DNA of 64,000 nucleotides from a bacterium (GTDB taxonomy: Bacteria > UBA8248). The translations under genes were made by a program, and so were the position numbers. The notes below the pieces were generated by a model. It worked only from the letters and a program-made list of their open reading frames with translations, was not told where the DNA came from and made no database searches. Below, piece by piece: positions 62,171 to 64,000 of this stretch (positions are counted from its first letter, which is position 1; the number at the start of each line of letters is the position of its first letter). The stretch is from contig OY843592.1 of assembly GCA_963692865.2 (NCBI GenBank), positions 1,632,001 through 1,696,000 on the forward strand, given 5' to 3'.

Positions 62171-62328
62171 GTGTCCGGGCGAAGGGAACGCACTGCGCGC
62201 CGGACGCGGTTCCCGGACGCGAGTCGGTGAGAAGCTGCGGGGGGGAAGTCGTCATTTGCGCGGACCCCGAAGCGCATTCTTCCACGAACCCGGCCGCGCG
62301 GGCCGGGAGAGCGTCCGCGGATGGCTGA
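62167..62328 (+). pseudogene. hldC: C-terminal remnant of heptose-1-phosphate adenylyltransferase (HldC/RfaE2)
   Basis: Translates VSVRAKGTHCAPDAVPGRESVRSCGGEVVICADPEAHSSTN..., matching the AKGxDY...PE...V...GGEV...D...HSST tail. No HxGH N-terminus. Overlaps both neighbours. Confidence 0.7.
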
Positions 62329-63409
62329 GCGGTTCCTCATCATCCGCCTGGGCGCGATAGGCGACGTCGTTCATACCCTCCCCCTGGCGTCGGCCATCAA
62401 GGATGCGCGGCCCGATTCGCATATCACCTGGGCGGTCGAGCCGGCCCCGCGGGAAGTGCTTCTCGAAAATTCGGATATAGACGAGCTTTTGACCGTTGAC
62501 ACCAGGGCATGGCGCAAGAATTTCTTCTCCGGCGGCTTCTCCGCGCTCGGGCGCGACCTGCGCGCCGTGAGGAACGTGGGCGCCGACGTGGCGCTGGACG
62601 CCCAGGGGCTGATCAAGAGCGGTTTGCTGGCATGGGCGTCGGGAGCGCCCGTTCGCATCGGGTTCGAACACCGTTTTTGCAAAGAGGGGATGAACGTGCT
62701 CTTCACGACGCACCAGGCGTTTCCCCCCGGCTCCCCCCATCATGTCGTGGAGAAGAATTTATCTCTTCTGGATCCGCTGCGCTTGCCCGTTCCGTTGAGG
62801 GAGCGATACCGCTTCCCCCTTCATGAAACGAAGGAAGAGGGAGAGTGGGCGGAAAAGTATCTGGAAAGTGAGGGATGTCCGGACGGCCGCCCCTTGCTGG
62901 TGGTTCATCCCGGAGGCGGGTGGGTGACCAAACGCTGGGCGCCGGCGCGTTTCGCCCAACTCGCCGACCACTGGCGTGAGAACGGCCTGGGAGATGTCCT
63001 CCTGATATGGGGTCCGGGAGAAAGGGAGATTGTAAAGAAAGTGGCGAGCGCGATGAGAACGAAACCCCACGTGGCGCCTGCGACGGGCATCCGCGAAATG
63101 ATGTCCCTGATTCGGCGCGGTTCCTGTTTCGCGGGCGGAGACTCGGGGCCCATGCACCTCGCCGCCGCGATGGGGGTTCGCTGTCTGGCGATCATGGGGC
63201 CGACGGAACCCGTGAGAAACGGCCCGTGGGGGGCGGGGCATTCGGTTTTGCACCATCGACTCGCTTGCAGCGGCTGTTATGCGAGAAAATGCCCCGACAT
63301 CGAGTGTCTGGAGCGCGTGAAAACCGAAGAGGCGGTAAACGGGCTGAGCCGGTTGCGCCCGGCCCATGAAAAACATGGCGAGATATGCGAAACTAGGGAA
63401 GTTTCGTGA
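62321..63409 (+). CDS. waaC: LPS heptosyltransferase I (GT9)
   Basis: IIRLGAIGDVVH, DAQGLIKSG, HPGGGWVTKRW, GGDSGPMHLA. Confidence 0.85.
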   Translation: MAERFLIIRLGAIGDVVHTLPLASAIKDARPDSHITWAVEPAPREVLLENSDIDELLTVDTRAWRKNFFSGGFSALGRDLRAVRNVGADVALDAQGLIKSGLLAWASGAPVRIGFEHRFCKEGMNVLFTTHQAFPPGSPHHVVEKNLSLLDPLRLPVPLRERYRFPLHETKEEGEWAEKYLESEGCPDGRPLLVVHPGGGWVTKRWAPARFAQLADHWRENGLGDVLLIWGPGEREIVKKVASAMRTKPHVAPATGIREMMSLIRRGSCFAGGDSGPMHLAAAMGVRCLAIMGPTEPVRNGPWGAGHSVLHHRLACSGCYARKCPDIECLERVKTEEAVNGLSRLRPAHEKHGEICETREVS

Positions 63410-63511
63410 GAGAAGCGGGTGATGTTTCAATTTTTGCAGTGATGCGATGAGCGGCGCGAAGACGAGAAGGCCGTTTCAGAGATTCGATTGAAAATTGGAG
63501 ATTGGCGGAAG

Positions 63512-63709
63512 ATGAGCGTGGATAAGGAATTGTTGGAGATATTGGCGTGTCCCGTCACCAAGACCCCGCTTGAATTGAGCGAGGACGGGAATTTCTTGAT
63601 CGCGCGGGAATCGGGGTTGGTCTACAGAATCGAAGACGGCATCCCCATCATGCTCGTGGACGAGGCCATCCCGCTCGATGAGTGGGAGAAAGCCCAGGGA
63701 AAAGGCTAG
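63512..63709 (+). CDS. Trm112/YcaR family protein
   Basis: LLEILACPVTK...YRIEDGIPIML. Confidence 0.92.
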   Translation: MSVDKELLEILACPVTKTPLELSEDGNFLIARESGLVYRIEDGIPIMLVDEAIPLDEWEKAQGKG

Positions 63710-63713
63710 AAGA

Positions 63714-64000
63714 ATGTCCGGCCTGGCGGAAGCGTCTGCCGAAGCCGATACGGGGGAGAAGCCCGTATCCGGGCCGGCAAGAGAACCGATCAGCGTCGCG
63801 ATTATCGCCCATAACGAGGCGGAACGCATCGGCGCCTGCATCGACAGCGTTCGCTGGGCGGATGAAGTCATCGTCGTGGATGCGGGCAGCACGGACGGCA
63901 CCCGGGAAATATGCCGAAAGCGCGGCGCGACGGTCATCCGGAATCCCTGGCGGGGCTATGCGGCGCAGAAGAATTTCGCCCTCTCGAAAGCGAGTCATTC
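63714..64000 (+). CDS. GT2 glycosyltransferase (WaaE/LgtF-like), runs off the window
   Basis: ISVAIIAHNEAERIGACIDSVRWADEVIVVDAGSTDGT...WRGYAAQKNFAL. Confidence 0.88.
   Translation, partial: MSGLAEASAEADTGEKPVSGPAREPISVAIIAHNEAERIGACIDSVRWADEVIVVDAGSTDGTREICRKRGATVIRNPWRGYAAQKNFALSKASH

Overview
64-kb window from a high-GC diderm bacterium. The gene order lysS-lolCE-lolD-clpC-bamA-skp-lpxD-fabZ-lpxA-oxidoreductase-lpxI-lpxB suggests a Nitrospinota/deltaproteobacteria-like lineage (low-confidence inference). Most of it is housekeeping: cinA; M23 peptidase, gamma-CA and ppx; yceD-rpmF-plsX-fabH-fabD-acpP-fabF-rnc-smc-ftsY; pyc; PBP1A; HNH-uvrB-uvrC-lnt-prfB (frameshifted)-lysS; and a long envelope/lipid A/inner-core cluster. 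Four accessory signals stand out. (1) An intact, largely translationally coupled 8-gene phage tail-tip/fibre/tape-measure module (1466-8318) with no head, packaging, tube or integrase genes, a candidate domesticated GTA or tailocin component. (2) Three intergenic mosaics, each with one left IS-like terminal repeat and 2-3 right ends, carrying at least four palindromic REP-like families. (3) A co-oriented 10-bp-period motif (AAATGCGGGC)n at five intergenic sites, plus a dispersed AT-rich phased repeat. (4) A divergent pair of small TM/coiled-coil paralogues around a structured spacer next to an HNH gene. Also found: rpmF, a 40-aa peptide and a truncated hldC remnant, all missed by the ORF track. 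No tRNA, rRNA, CRISPR array or transposase was recognised. All assignments come from reading motifs by eye; no database searches were run.
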